Assembly: GCA_964603615.1 (NCBI GenBank)
Contig: CAZRVU010000006.1
Span: 12,249-76,248, forward strand
Direction of reading: 5' to 3'
Source: an uncultured Desulfovibrionaceae bacterium
Lineage (GTDB): Bacteria; Bacillota; Dethiobacteria; DTU022; UBA8154
Length of the DNA: 64,000 nucleotides
Shown: positions 9,246 to 18,826 of the stretch, in pieces
Layout of the letters: each line of letters begins with the position of its first letter
Numbering within the stretch: position 1 is the first letter of the stretch
Made by a program: the position numbers and the translations under genes
The notes under the pieces: generated by a model
Database searches by the model: none
Told to the model about the DNA's origin: nothing
Seen by the model: only the letters and a program-made list of their open reading frames with translations

Positions 9246-11354
9246 TTATTTTTTCCCCCTCTCCAGATCTGCCCTTAGCTCCTTTTCCGGGTATTCGATC
9301 CTTTGGTGAAAAACCCCGGCGAGAATATGAACAAAAGTATCTCCAATTTTATCCAGATCCTGTAAGGTCAAGGGTGCTTCATCTAGTTGCCCATCGTTTA
9401 ATTTTTCCTTAATTATCTTTCTGACCATCCCCTCAGTCCTTCCAGCAACCGGGCGCGATAAGGAACGTACTGCAGCCTCTACTGCATCAGCCAGTAAAAT
9501 AATGGCGGCTTCTTTTGTCTGTGGCAAAGGACCTTCGTAGCGAAATTCATCCTCCGGAACCAAAATCCCTTTATCATTTTCTGCTGCCTGATGATAAAAA
9601 TAAGAGATTAAACTTGTCCCATGATGTTGTTGAATGATATCAATTATTGGTAAAGGAAGTTTGGCCTCCCGGGCAAGTTCTACACCATCTTTAATATGAG
9701 AACGAATGATCAGTGCGCTGAGATGGGGAGAAATTTTATTATGGGGATTATCACTGGTAAACTGGTTTTCTACAAACAGGTAGGGGCGTTTGACTTTACC
9801 GATATCGTGATAAAAAGCTGCTACCCGGGAAAGAAGAGGATCGGCACCAATTGCTTCTGCTGCTGCTTCAGCCAGGTTGCCGACTACTATACTATGGTGA
9901 TAGGTGCCGGGGGTTTCCATCAGCAACTTGCGCAACAAAGGATGTCCCGGATCAGCCAACTCTAGAAGTGTAACAGCAGTGGTCAGACCAAAAGCACTTT
10001 CTAAATAAGGCAATAAGCCAATAGCCATCACCGCAGAAAAAAGGCCGTTACCCAAACCCGCCAGAATAGCAATGCTAAATTCCCTTAAAAAATCGTATTC
10101 CAGTTGAAAACCCCTGTTAAGAAGTAAAAGGGAGGTAATACAAAGAATATTAACGCCTCCCACATAAAGCCCTGCATTTGTTAAATCGGAGCGTCTTTGT
10201 AGGCGGGAGACGCTACATATTGCAACCAGTCCGCTGCATAAAGAAACAATCACATAGGTAAATTCCCCATCAACAAGAAAGCCAAAAAGAAGTGCCAAAA
10301 CAATGGTAAGCAGCACCGCCAGGCGCGGTTCAAAAAGAACAGCAATCAAGATTGAGCACATGGCCACAGGCATTAAAAAGCCGGAAAAAAACCGCACAGC
10401 AAGACCAAGTACAAGTGTTAAAATTACGATCAAACCAAGCAGAAAAAGAGAGCTGGTGTTGTCATAAATATCCCTGTTAAAGAGATATAAATATAAAATG
10501 ATGATGGTGAATATAATAGCCAATATAAAAAAAAGACCGGCATATCCTCCATAGTTGAGGCGCGAGCCCAGCAGCCCTAAATCCTTCAATTGCGCAATAT
10601 GCTTCTCTGTAATCTCCTCTCCTTCTTGCACAATTAAAGATTTCTTTAAAATAAGAACCGGTTCAACTGCTTGCTTGGCTGTTTCTTGGTTGGTTTTGGT
10701 CGCAGTTGGATTAAAAATCATGTTCGGTTGCACGAAAGGAGTGAGCAACACTTCAAGGCCCTGCCTGATCTCTGGACTGAAAGGCAACCTGCTAATTTCC
10801 TGCAAAACCTGGTTTAGGGCAACCTGCTGTCCTTCTTCCCTAATTTCCTTAGAGAGAACTTCTTCCATAATATTTTCTGTTCTAGCCTGCAGGTCATTCA
10901 GGTTGTCCTGTTTCTGCGTTAAAAAAACAGAGATTAGCTCCTCCGACAACAAAAGATCCGGGTTGTCTTTACAAAACATTTCAACCTTCTTTTCTGCATC
11001 TTCATTTAAGTTTTGGATTCTTTTAATATCGGCAAAAAAATGTTTTAGGCAAATTTGTCCCTCTTCTAGAACGCCCGGGACATAATCAAAAACTACTGGC
11101 ACAGCGGCAGCAGCTTCTTCCCTCATTCTATTTGTCAAAAAAGTGTCTATTACTTCCCGGGGGGCAATAATTCGTTGCGGACTTGGCTTTCCCAGTTCAA
11201 CAGAAACCCCCAGGGGCATAATAGAAAAAAGCAAACAAACATAAATAAAAACAAAACAACCTGCCACCAGAAAAAACCTGCGGCCGCCTTTATCCTTTAG
11301 CAAAGAAGTTAGGCTGTTTAATAATATTTTAATTTTTGCTCGTAAATTGAACAT
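9246..11354 (-). CDS. pgpH: 7TM-HD phosphohydrolase, c-di-AMP phosphodiesterase PgpH-like
   Basis: Extracellular 7TMR-HDED region, about 7 TM helices, then PGTYHHS, YHDIGK, HHGTS, LADAVEAAVRSL. Confidence 0.9.
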   Translation of the reverse strand: MFNLRAKIKILLNSLTSLLKDKGGRRFFLVAGCFVFIYVCLLFSIMPLGVSVELGKPSPQRIIAPREVIDTFLTNRMREEAAAAVPVVFDYVPGVLEEGQICLKHFFADIKRIQNLNEDAEKKVEMFCKDNPDLLLSEELISVFLTQKQDNLNDLQARTENIMEEVLSKEIREEGQQVALNQVLQEISRLPFSPEIRQGLEVLLTPFVQPNMIFNPTATKTNQETAKQAVEPVLILKKSLIVQEGEEITEKHIAQLKDLGLLGSRLNYGGYAGLFFILAIIFTIIILYLYLFNRDIYDNTSSLFLLGLIVILTLVLGLAVRFFSGFLMPVAMCSILIAVLFEPRLAVLLTIVLALLFGFLVDGEFTYVIVSLCSGLVAICSVSRLQRRSDLTNAGLYVGGVNILCITSLLLLNRGFQLEYDFLREFSIAILAGLGNGLFSAVMAIGLLPYLESAFGLTTAVTLLELADPGHPLLRKLLMETPGTYHHSIVVGNLAEAAAEAIGADPLLSRVAAFYHDIGKVKRPYLFVENQFTSDNPHNKISPHLSALIIRSHIKDGVELAREAKLPLPIIDIIQQHHGTSLISYFYHQAAENDKGILVPEDEFRYEGPLPQTKEAAIILLADAVEAAVRSLSRPVAGRTEGMVRKIIKEKLNDGQLDEAPLTLQDLDKIGDTFVHILAGVFHQRIEYPEKELRADLERGKK

Positions 11355-11369
11355 TATCTTTTATTTTCC

Positions 11370-12341
11370 TTAACTATTCCCATTCTGATAGCTTTCATAA
11401 GCTTTTATAATTTTTTGGACTAAACTGTGCCGGACCACATCTTGATCACTAAGGTGAATAAAAGCTATCTCTGGAATATCTTCCAGTATGTTTATAATTT
11501 CAACTAATCCGGAAAACTGCGAACCAGGAAGGTCTATCTGGGTAATATCCCCCGTAATTACAGCTTTAGAACCGAAACCCATCCGGGTTAGAAACATTTT
11601 CATCTGTTCATGGGTAGTATTTTGCGCCTCATCCAAAATTATAAAAGAATCATCCAGTGTCCTTCCCCGCATATAAGCCAGCGGAGCAACTTCAATTACC
11701 CCTTTTTCCCTATATTTCAAATAGTTTTCTACACCCATTAAATCATAAAGAGCATCATAAAGGGGGCGCAGGTAGGGATCCACCTTTTCGTGCAGATCCC
11801 CCGGCAAGAAACCGAGGCGCTCCCCGGCTTCCACAGCGGGTCTGGTTAAAACTAACCTCTGCACAATTTTATTTTTTAAAGCAAAAACTGCCGTAGCCAT
11901 CGCCAGGTAAGTTTTACCAGTTCCTGCCGGGCCTATACCAAAAACAATATCAAAAGCACGCAGGGCTTCCACATATTTTTTTTGGCCCAGGGTCTTGGGC
12001 CGGATCTTTTTGCCCCGATCAGTGATCAGAACAAGATCGTTGAAAAGAGTTTTAATCTCCCGGCCTTGTCCTCCTTTGGCAAGTTTTAAAGCATATATAA
12101 ATTCTGGTGTAGTTAGAAAGTGCCCCCCCCTGATTACAGCTAAAAGTTCCTGAAAAAGGGTATGCACTATCCCCATTTCTTCTTTTTTGCCCTGGAAAAT
12201 AAGCTCGTTTCCCCGGGGAACAATCTTCACGTCAAAGCTTTCCTCTACTAAAGAAATATGTTCATCAAATTTTCCAAGCAAAGGAAAAACCTCATCCATA
12301 TCTTTCAAAAAAAGCTTACATTCTTCATGCTCCTCCGCCAA
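11370..12341 (-). CDS. phoH: PhoH-like ATPase (start reassigned to the TTG at 12341 after GGAGGG)
   Basis: GIGPAGTGKTYLA, RPAVEAGERLGFLPGD, PLAYMRGRTL, DEAQNTT. Confidence 0.96.
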   Translation of the reverse strand: MAEEHEECKLFLKDMDEVFPLLGKFDEHISLVEESFDVKIVPRGNELIFQGKKEEMGIVHTLFQELLAVIRGGHFLTTPEFIYALKLAKGGQGREIKTLFNDLVLITDRGKKIRPKTLGQKKYVEALRAFDIVFGIGPAGTGKTYLAMATAVFALKNKIVQRLVLTRPAVEAGERLGFLPGDLHEKVDPYLRPLYDALYDLMGVENYLKYREKGVIEVAPLAYMRGRTLDDSFIILDEAQNTTHEQMKMFLTRMGFGSKAVITGDITQIDLPGSQFSGLVEIINILEDIPEIAFIHLSDQDVVRHSLVQKIIKAYESYQNGNS

Positions 12342-12345
12342 GAAA

Positions 12346-13596
12346 TCAGATCCCTCCACTTTCTGTAGGTATTTGCGAAACTGCGATCTCCTCCAGTGCC
12401 TCAATCATCAGCCGGCAACCAACCGTTCCAAGTTCATAAAAATAGTACTCGTCGGCCATTCTTTTATTAATTATAGCATTCTTGGCAAGCTGGGTTTCAA
12501 TTCCTTGAGAAGCCTCTCTTTTAGCTTGTTGCAAGGCTTCATGGGGTGAAAGAGGCTGTATTTCTACCTCAAATTCCCAATAGTTATTGCTTAGTAATTC
12601 GACAGGTAGGCGGAGATTCCTCCAGATTAAAACCCGTTTAATTTTTTCCAATTCATAATTGCGGTAAGGGGATTTCCGGGAGCCCCAAAGGGGATATTCC
12701 CGCTCTTCAACGCGCAGGGAAAAGGAACGGGAATGATTGCCTGACTTTCTTTTTATTACTTTATAAAGGGGTGCTTCGGCAAAACTTTCGTACCAGACAA
12801 GTGCAGTTACCTTCCCTTTGGGTTGTACATCTATTTCCCTTATTTCCTTTTCTACAGGTTCGTCATCGTATTCTTCCCGGCGTGTTATTTTGCCGGTAAT
12901 TAGTGTCTGGCCTTTTTGTACAGTATCCCCTGCCTGCACACAAGCTTCTCCGGCCAAAACTAAAATATCTACGATTAAGCCATCCTTGGCAGCAACTAAA
13001 CTGGCAACCGTGTCCAGGGAAGGGGTTTTGCCCTGTCGCTCTACAACCTGGATATTGAGGCAAACACCATCCAAACTGATACCGATCCACTGTAGCTCTT
13101 TTAGCTCCAGCAGAAACTTTTTTTCCAGTGCAAAAAGATCAATATTATCTTTTAATACACCTTTGTGAACCCCGTTGTTTTCTAAAATAACAGATATTTC
13201 TTCAACGCTTATTATTTTATTCCCTTGGATATCGATCTTCCAAACAAATACTGACAACAAATAGGGGAGCAGGCAAAAAAGAATAATACCTAGCAGTAAC
13301 CCTTTACGTCGCCAGCCCTGCAATAAGAGAAAAAGCGCCCCCCTTTTTTGCAGAATTTTAACCCTGCAACCGGTTTTTTTGAGAAGGGGACGCAAACGTT
13401 TAAAATCCCGCGGCCTGATTTTTACTGTAACTGAATTTGCTAGATAACTAAGATCCCAAAAAACGATCTGGTTCCTTACCGTTAAATTTAACAGTTTGGC
13501 TAGACTTGACCCTTGCAGGGAAATAAGCAGATAACCCGGCCAGAGCCCCCTTCGCTCCAGCACAACCAAATATTTTACCTCCCTTTTCCCGATCAC
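12346..13596 (-). CDS. yqfD: Sporulation protein YqfD
   Basis: IWDL, FVWKIDIQGN, LVAAKDGLI..I.VLAGE..V..GDTV.KGQ.LI.G; yqfC-yqfD-phoH synteny. Confidence 0.9.
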   Translation of the reverse strand: MIGKREVKYLVVLERRGLWPGYLLISLQGSSLAKLLNLTVRNQIVFWDLSYLANSVTVKIRPRDFKRLRPLLKKTGCRVKILQKRGALFLLLQGWRRKGLLLGIILFCLLPYLLSVFVWKIDIQGNKIISVEEISVILENNGVHKGVLKDNIDLFALEKKFLLELKELQWIGISLDGVCLNIQVVERQGKTPSLDTVASLVAAKDGLIVDILVLAGEACVQAGDTVQKGQTLITGKITRREEYDDEPVEKEIREIDVQPKGKVTALVWYESFAEAPLYKVIKRKSGNHSRSFSLRVEEREYPLWGSRKSPYRNYELEKIKRVLIWRNLRLPVELLSNNYWEFEVEIQPLSPHEALQQAKREASQGIETQLAKNAIINKRMADEYYFYELGTVGCRLMIEALEEIAVSQIPTESGGI

Positions 13597-13892
13597 TGAA
13601 ATTCCAGCGAATAAATATCCCCTTCAATAAATATCCTTTCATCGACAAAATGTTTGATAACCAGGTTTTTACCCTTGATCATTATCTCTCCACTCTTTAT
13701 TTTTAGGCGCAAAAGATCTGCACTATATTCAATAATACCATTGTAATTTTCCAGATAAAGCTGGATGTTGCCGATCAACGTCACCCTGGGCAGGTTAAAG
13801 AAAAGTTCTTTGGGCAGCTCGAAAAAATCAACCATATTTTCCGGCCATTTTTTCTTTTTCTCCCCTGATTCCTTTGATTCCTTGCCTTTCAA
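13593..13892 (-). CDS. yqfC: Sporulation protein YqfC (YabP/YqfC family)
   Basis: FELPKELFFNLPRVTLIGNIQLYLENYNGIIEYS...LKI. Confidence 0.92.
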   Translation of the reverse strand: MKGKESKESGEKKKKWPENMVDFFELPKELFFNLPRVTLIGNIQLYLENYNGIIEYSADLLRLKIKSGEIMIKGKNLVIKHFVDERIFIEGDIYSLEFQ

Positions 13893-14032
13893 AAAACAAC
13901 GCCCCCAGCTTTGACCTTCTTTTTATTAAAATTTATGCTCGGAAAACGTAATTATACCATTACGAAGCATTGCTTATTTTTGACCTAGTTTTGAATGTGC
14001 ACCCGGCGGACCGTGTTTTAGGTTTCTGCCTG

Positions 14033-14563
14033 CTATGATCTTCCCGGCCCATAGTTGCTAAAAGGAAAAGTTCTCCTAGCCCGCGGCGGGGAAAGCACCT
14101 CCCGGGCCACTATTCCCCATAAAAGATTATCTTTGTTTAGCAGCCGGGCAGGCCTATGTTCCTGTTCCTGCCGGGCAACTTTTTTCTGCCGGGGAAAAGC
14201 CAGCCCTGCCCGCGGAATATTTCTAGCCGGTGAAGAACCTGCTTCCCAGTTTTTGTTTCTTATTTGGTGCCAGGGCTTATCTTCAATCCCTGTAAGCGAA
14301 GGTTGCAAAATAGGTTTGACTGCAGGCATTTCCACAGGCTGTTTTTCATACAGGCTATTCAGCTCACCGCCTTCATCCGTAGGCATCCTTTCTGTTTTCA
14401 TAATTTTTCCCCCCGGCGGAGAATCCCAAAAATCGGGGGGAAAGGGAGGTGCCGGCAACCTGTGAGGCCTCTGCGGTGGATGCTGTTTTTCCTTCCCGCG
14501 CTGAAAAGATTGGAAAAGTGAATAAATAATCCGTAAAACAATTAAAATAATAATCAGTTCCAT
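14033..14563 (-). CDS. Hypothetical protein with N-terminal TM helix, at the YqfB position
   Basis: Hydrophobic N-terminus; conserved-looking C-terminus LLWGIVAREVLSPPRAR; located between floA and yqfC. Confidence 0.6.
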   Translation of the reverse strand: MELIIILIVLRIIYSLFQSFQRGKEKQHPPQRPHRLPAPPFPPDFWDSPPGGKIMKTERMPTDEGGELNSLYEKQPVEMPAVKPILQPSLTGIEDKPWHQIRNKNWEAGSSPARNIPRAGLAFPRQKKVARQEQEHRPARLLNKDNLLWGIVAREVLSPPRARRTFPFSNYGPGRS

Positions 14564-14730
14564 AAGCTTTTATACACACCTTTCCCTTAGCTACAGCCGC
14601 AAAGTTGCGATTCAACCTTATATAGCTTTTTCCTGCATTCAAAAAGATAACTTTTTATCTAGCAAATTCATATTTTGTACATACTTGCTTTACCCTGAAC
14701 CACGTTTGTATTTGCACCTGAGCGGTGGAA

Positions 14731-15732
14731 TCATTCCTTACGACCCTGGTTCTTTTCGTCGTTATCATCTTTGCCTAATTTGGAAATGGAATCGCGCATC
14801 TGGGTATCGGCAAAAATATTTTGTAAGTTATAGTAATCCATTACACCTAATTTGCCTTCACGCAAGGCTTGGGCCATAGCCTGGGGCACTTCTGCCTCCG
14901 CTTCCACTACTTTAGCGCGCATCTCTTGTACGGATGCTTTCATTTCTTGTTCTCTGGCTACAGCCATGGCCCGCCTCTCTTCCGCTTTGGCCTGGGCGAT
15001 GCGTTTATCAGCTTCAGCCTGGTCCGTTTGCAGCTCCGCACCAATATTTTTTCCCACATCCACATCTGCAATGTCGATAGAAAGAATTTCAAAGGCTGTA
15101 CCGGCATCAAGGCCCTTATTCAATACCGTATGGGAGATTCTATCGGGATTTTCCAAAACCTCTTCATGGCTTTCAGCAGAACCAATCGTGGTCACAATCC
15201 CCTCGCCTACCCGGGCGATGATCGTCTCCTCCCCCGCGCCTCCAACTAGGCGATCAATATTGGCCCGGACCGTTACCCGTGCCTTAGCTTTGACTTCAAT
15301 ACCGTTTTTGGCTACCGCAGCTATGATGGGCGTTTCAATTACTTTGGGATTAACGCTCATGCGTACCGCTTGCAAGACATCCCTGCCGGCTAGATCTATT
15401 GCTGCTGCACGCTCAAAGCCTAGCTCGATATTTGCCCTTTGTGCAGCAATTAGGGCGTTGATAACTCTATCGACGTTTCCCCCGGCCAGGTAATGACCCT
15501 CCAATTTGTTTACATTCAGCTCCAATCCAGCCTTAGTCGCCTTAATAAGGGGTTCAACCACTTTGGCGGGGATAACACGCCGCAAACGCATACCAATCAG
15601 CGTAACGATACTGATCCGTACACCGGCAGCCAAAGCTGCAATCCATAACCTTAAAGGAATAAAACTAAATAAAATAGAAAAACCGATAATAATAAACACA
15701 AGTAGTACTAAAAAAGGTAATGTTCCATCCAA
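14731..15732 (-). CDS. floA: Flotillin-like protein FloA (start reassigned to the TTG at 15732)
   Basis: [66 protein letters not shown]. Confidence 0.96.
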   Translation of the reverse strand: MDGTLPFLVLLVFIIIGFSILFSFIPLRLWIAALAAGVRISIVTLIGMRLRRVIPAKVVEPLIKATKAGLELNVNKLEGHYLAGGNVDRVINALIAAQRANIELGFERAAAIDLAGRDVLQAVRMSVNPKVIETPIIAAVAKNGIEVKAKARVTVRANIDRLVGGAGEETIIARVGEGIVTTIGSAESHEEVLENPDRISHTVLNKGLDAGTAFEILSIDIADVDVGKNIGAELQTDQAEADKRIAQAKAEERRAMAVAREQEMKASVQEMRAKVVEAEAEVPQAMAQALREGKLGVMDYYNLQNIFADTQMRDSISKLGKDDNDEKNQGRKE

Positions 15733-15739
15733 AATAGAA

Positions 15740-17116
15740 TCACCCTTTCTGCGTAATATTGACTCCGTTATTACGGGAACGCACCACGATGCGTCTACCC
15801 TCGACTTTGATAACTTCAATACCGGCTCCACTGGGAATATAGGAACCTTCACTGACTACATCATATCTAGAACCTTCGATCTCCACAATACCGGCTGGAC
15901 GGAGAGGAGAGATGCTTTGGCCAGTTTTACCTGTTAAATAGTATAAATCTGCTGAAGAGCTGAAACCTTTTTCCCTGGTGGCTGCTTCGAGAAGAACAAA
16001 ACGCCGTAACGTACCTTTACGCTGAAAATATTTAAAAGCAAGAAACCCCGCCAGGGCGGAGATAAGAAAGGAGATAAGAAGCATTTTCAGGCCCATACTA
16101 GTAGAAGCAGCGGTTAAAATAATAGAGATAGAAACACTTAGCAGGCCCCCAATTCCAAAGATGCCAAAACCTGGTATAAAAGCTTCGACGAGCAACAGAA
16201 CAATGCCAAAAATAAAAAGGAAAATTGCCGGCCAACTGCTTACCCCGGTAAAAAAATGGCCCCCGAAGTAAAGTCCGAAACAAAGGATGCTTAATAACCC
16301 GGAAAGGCCAAAGCCCGCGGTAAGCACTTCTACAATCAGGAAAAGAAAGGCTGCAGAAAGAAGCAGGGTGGCGACTACCGGTTTAATCAACCATCCGCTA
16401 AGTTTTTCCCATTGCGTTGGTTCTAAACGGACCAAAGTGAATTCTTCGAGGTTTAGTTTGGTCAGCAATGTGGTCAATTTGTCGGCTGTTCCATCACTAA
16501 ACCTCAGTTTTTCAGCTTCCTGGGCAGTAAGAGTTAATAACTCCCCGGCAGGAACCACGCCTTCGATAGCTATTTCCTTGCGTACCATGGCTGCTGCCAC
16601 CTGGGGATCCTTGCCTTGCCCCTCGGCTGCTACGCGCATCTCTGCTTCCCAGTAAGAAAGATGCTTTTCATCAGCGGCCTCTTCGCTGGCAATAAGTCTG
16701 GGCTCGGCGGCGCCGATGGTGGCCCCCGGAGCCATGAAATATTTCTCTCCGCTGAGAGCCAGGTAAGCACCGGCAGAAAGAGCATGATATTGAACATAAC
16801 CGTAAACCGGAAAAGGGGCCTCATGAATAAGCTTGCGGGCTCTTACCGCCGATTCAATATACCCTCCGGGTGTATCCAGTTCCAAGATTGCAGCTACAGC
16901 ACCAGCATCGGAGGCCTCCTGCAGGGAACGCTCCAGGAAAACTAACCACCCGGGTTCAATTTCACCTTTCAGCGGAATAATATAAACCGGTTTGGCAACG
17001 GTTGCAGGACCAGCAAAGACACTAGTGACAAAAACAAAAAATAAAAAAAAGAAAATTAAAAGAAAAAATGTTTCGTATCTTTTTTTGCACTGTTGAATCC
17101 TAAAAAAATTAAGCAC
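15740..17116 (-). CDS. nfeD: NfeD family membrane-bound serine protease (YqeZ-like)
   Basis: [18 protein letters not shown] bundle, C-terminal OB fold LRPAG...YDVVSEG.YI..G..IEV..VEG.RIVV. Confidence 0.92.
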   Translation of the reverse strand: MLNFFRIQQCKKRYETFFLLIFFFLFFVFVTSVFAGPATVAKPVYIIPLKGEIEPGWLVFLERSLQEASDAGAVAAILELDTPGGYIESAVRARKLIHEAPFPVYGYVQYHALSAGAYLALSGEKYFMAPGATIGAAEPRLIASEEAADEKHLSYWEAEMRVAAEGQGKDPQVAAAMVRKEIAIEGVVPAGELLTLTAQEAEKLRFSDGTADKLTTLLTKLNLEEFTLVRLEPTQWEKLSGWLIKPVVATLLLSAAFLFLIVEVLTAGFGLSGLLSILCFGLYFGGHFFTGVSSWPAIFLFIFGIVLLLVEAFIPGFGIFGIGGLLSVSISIILTAASTSMGLKMLLISFLISALAGFLAFKYFQRKGTLRRFVLLEAATREKGFSSSADLYYLTGKTGQSISPLRPAGIVEIEGSRYDVVSEGSYIPSGAGIEVIKVEGRRIVVRSRNNGVNITQKG

Positions 17117-17325
17117 CTTTTCACCTCCGATGAGCGGATCAGTGCAATATTAACCCTTGGAGAAGAGTAAAACTTGGTATAACCAAGTTTTACAGGGTAC
17201 TATTATCTCTGAATTTTTAATCATATCCGGTTTTCCGTTACCTCAAGGAGTTTGGGAAAAAAGTTGAAAAACTTAAATAATATAGCCTAGGGGGCTAAGA
17301 ATCTCCCAGCATCTTTTAGACCTGG

Positions 17326-17520
17326 TTAGCGATAAGACCTTCTCCCTTTTCCACGTACTTTGCGTGCTGCTTCAGACTTCTTTTTGCGGCGGACACTTGG
17401 TTTTTCATAATGCGCCCTTTTGCGAATTTCGGAAAGAATACCTGTCCGTGCACATTTCTTTTTAAAGCGCCTTAAGGCGCTATCAAAACTTTCGTTTCGA
17501 CCAACTTTAACCTCTGACAC
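17326..17520 (-). CDS. rpsU: 30S ribosomal protein S21
   Basis: [14 protein letters not shown]...[24 protein letters not shown]. Confidence 0.98.
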   Translation of the reverse strand: MSEVKVGRNESFDSALRRFKKKCARTGILSEIRKRAHYEKPSVRRKKKSEAARKVRGKGRRSYR

Positions 17521-17582
17521 ATAGCTTCCCCCCCCTCAACCCGACCTGCCAAAATAAGGCCCCGTGGAAAACCGTTCAATCT

Positions 17583-17611
17583 ATTATACCTTTAGGCCGA
17601 ATGACTGTCAA
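17583..17611 (-). promoter_or_regulatory. Consensus sigma-A promoter of rpsU
   Basis: TTGACA (17611-17606), 17-bp spacer, TATAAT (17588-17583). Confidence 0.85.
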
Positions 17612-17623
17612 TGAAAGTAAATT

Positions 17624-17968
17624 TTATCCTAAAAGTTCATTCATTGGCCGTCCGCCAAGAAGATGAAAATGAAGATGGTTTACCTCCTGTCCCGCATCCT
17701 GGCCACAGTTCATAATCAAGCGATACCCTTTGTTTTGAAGGTTATGTTGCCGTGCAATCTCCCGGCTTACCAAGAGCAGATGCCCTACCAGCTCTTTATG
17801 CTCTATTTGCAGATCATCAAACGTGGGGATATGAAGGCGCGGAATGATGAGGACATGAACAGGAACTACGGGCGCACGATCATAAAAAGCCACCACCTGT
17901 TCGTCCTGGTAGACAAACTGTGAGGGTATTTCACCGCTGATAATTTTACAAAATATGCAATTCTCCAC
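17624..17968 (-). CDS. hinT: Histidine triad nucleotide-binding protein
   Basis: CIFCKII.GEIP, HVLIIP..HI, GQEVNHLHFHLLGGR. Confidence 0.95.
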   Translation of the reverse strand: MENCIFCKIISGEIPSQFVYQDEQVVAFYDRAPVVPVHVLIIPRLHIPTFDDLQIEHKELVGHLLLVSREIARQHNLQNKGYRLIMNCGQDAGQEVNHLHFHLLGGRPMNELLG

Positions 17969-17997
17969 TACTGTTTTCTCCCCCTTTTTTTATGAAT

Positions 17998-18223
17998 GAT
18001 TCCACTGCAAAAATTACATTCTGCTGCATAAAACGAAATTTGCTGGGGCGGGAGCTGTAAAAATCAGCCCATGAAGACGCCACAATTTTGAAGCAAAAAT
18101 GGCAGGACGCCATTTTTAGGGCCTTTTGAAGAGGACGTTCAATTGGCCCGGGCGAAAAATTGTCAGTCGAAGGGATGCTGATTTCAGCGAACGCCTTGCA
18201 AATAGAGTTTATGTAGTAAAATC
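17998..18223 (+). mobile_element. 226-bp MITE-like element, copy A
   Basis: Reverse complement of 26665-26890 (13 mismatches in 226 by manual alignment, no indels). Imperfect terminal inverted repeats GATTCCACTGCAAAAATT / GAGTTTATGTAGTAAAATC. Flanked by the direct repeat ATGAAT (17992-17997 and 18224-18229). Central hairpin AAAAATGGC-AGGAC-GCCATTTTT (18095-18117). Confidence 0.85.
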
Positions 18224-18232
18224 ATGAATATA

Positions 18233-18811
18233 TTATAACATTTTCTCCTTAAGAATCCCGCATAAAATTATATCGGCATAAAGATCGGCTAGCTCTTCCG
18301 GTTTTATCTGCCCCACCGGCTTGTACCAATGATATAACCAGTTGCACATACCCAATACAGCATAAACGGTAGGCAGAATTTCTATCTTTTTAAGGATATT
18401 TTCTTTTATTCCTTCCTCGAATACTGCGGCTACTGCTTTTTCATAATCCCTCTGCCGCCTACGGATAGAAGCCAAATTCCCAGGTAACAGGTGAGCCTGT
18501 TCTGTAAAAAAAATGGCAATATGCGGGGCCTCATCAAAAACTGCCATAATATGATTATAGATAACTTTTCTAATTCTATCCTCCACAGTAATTTTTTCTG
18601 CCAGGAGCTTGTCTAGCCGCTTTTCCGCGGTTTTCATGGTTTGATCAAAAATAGCGTAGAGGATCTCTTCTTTGCTGGTAATATAATAGTATAATGCTGC
18701 CTTGGTCACGTTTAAATCCTCGGCTATATCCTGTACACTTGTAACGGAATATCCTTTCTTATTAAATAAAGTAACTGCCGTATTGATAATTTTCTGTTTG
18801 GTTAGACCCAT
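18233..18811 (-). CDS. TetR/AcrR family regulator (KstR2/PaaR-like C-terminus)
   Basis: HTH GY..TSVQDIAE.LNVTKAALYYY..SKEEIL; C-terminus VLGMCNWLYHWYKP.G..KPEELAD; last gene of the Mo-enzyme operon. Confidence 0.9.
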   Translation of the reverse strand: MGLTKQKIINTAVTLFNKKGYSVTSVQDIAEDLNVTKAALYYYITSKEEILYAIFDQTMKTAEKRLDKLLAEKITVEDRIRKVIYNHIMAVFDEAPHIAIFFTEQAHLLPGNLASIRRRQRDYEKAVAAVFEEGIKENILKKIEILPTVYAVLGMCNWLYHWYKPVGQIKPEELADLYADIILCGILKEKML

Positions 18812-18826
18812 CTTTTATTCCCCCGG

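Noticed and set aside
14852-15493. 213-aa plus-strand ORF (similarly 3827-4396, 10555-11085, 14055-14465, 23682-24242, 31215-31751, 58307-58771)
   Set aside because: These are antisense shadows of well-supported genes (floA, glyS, pgpH, the YqfB-position gene, katG, dnaJ, DUF364), with no recognisable motifs.
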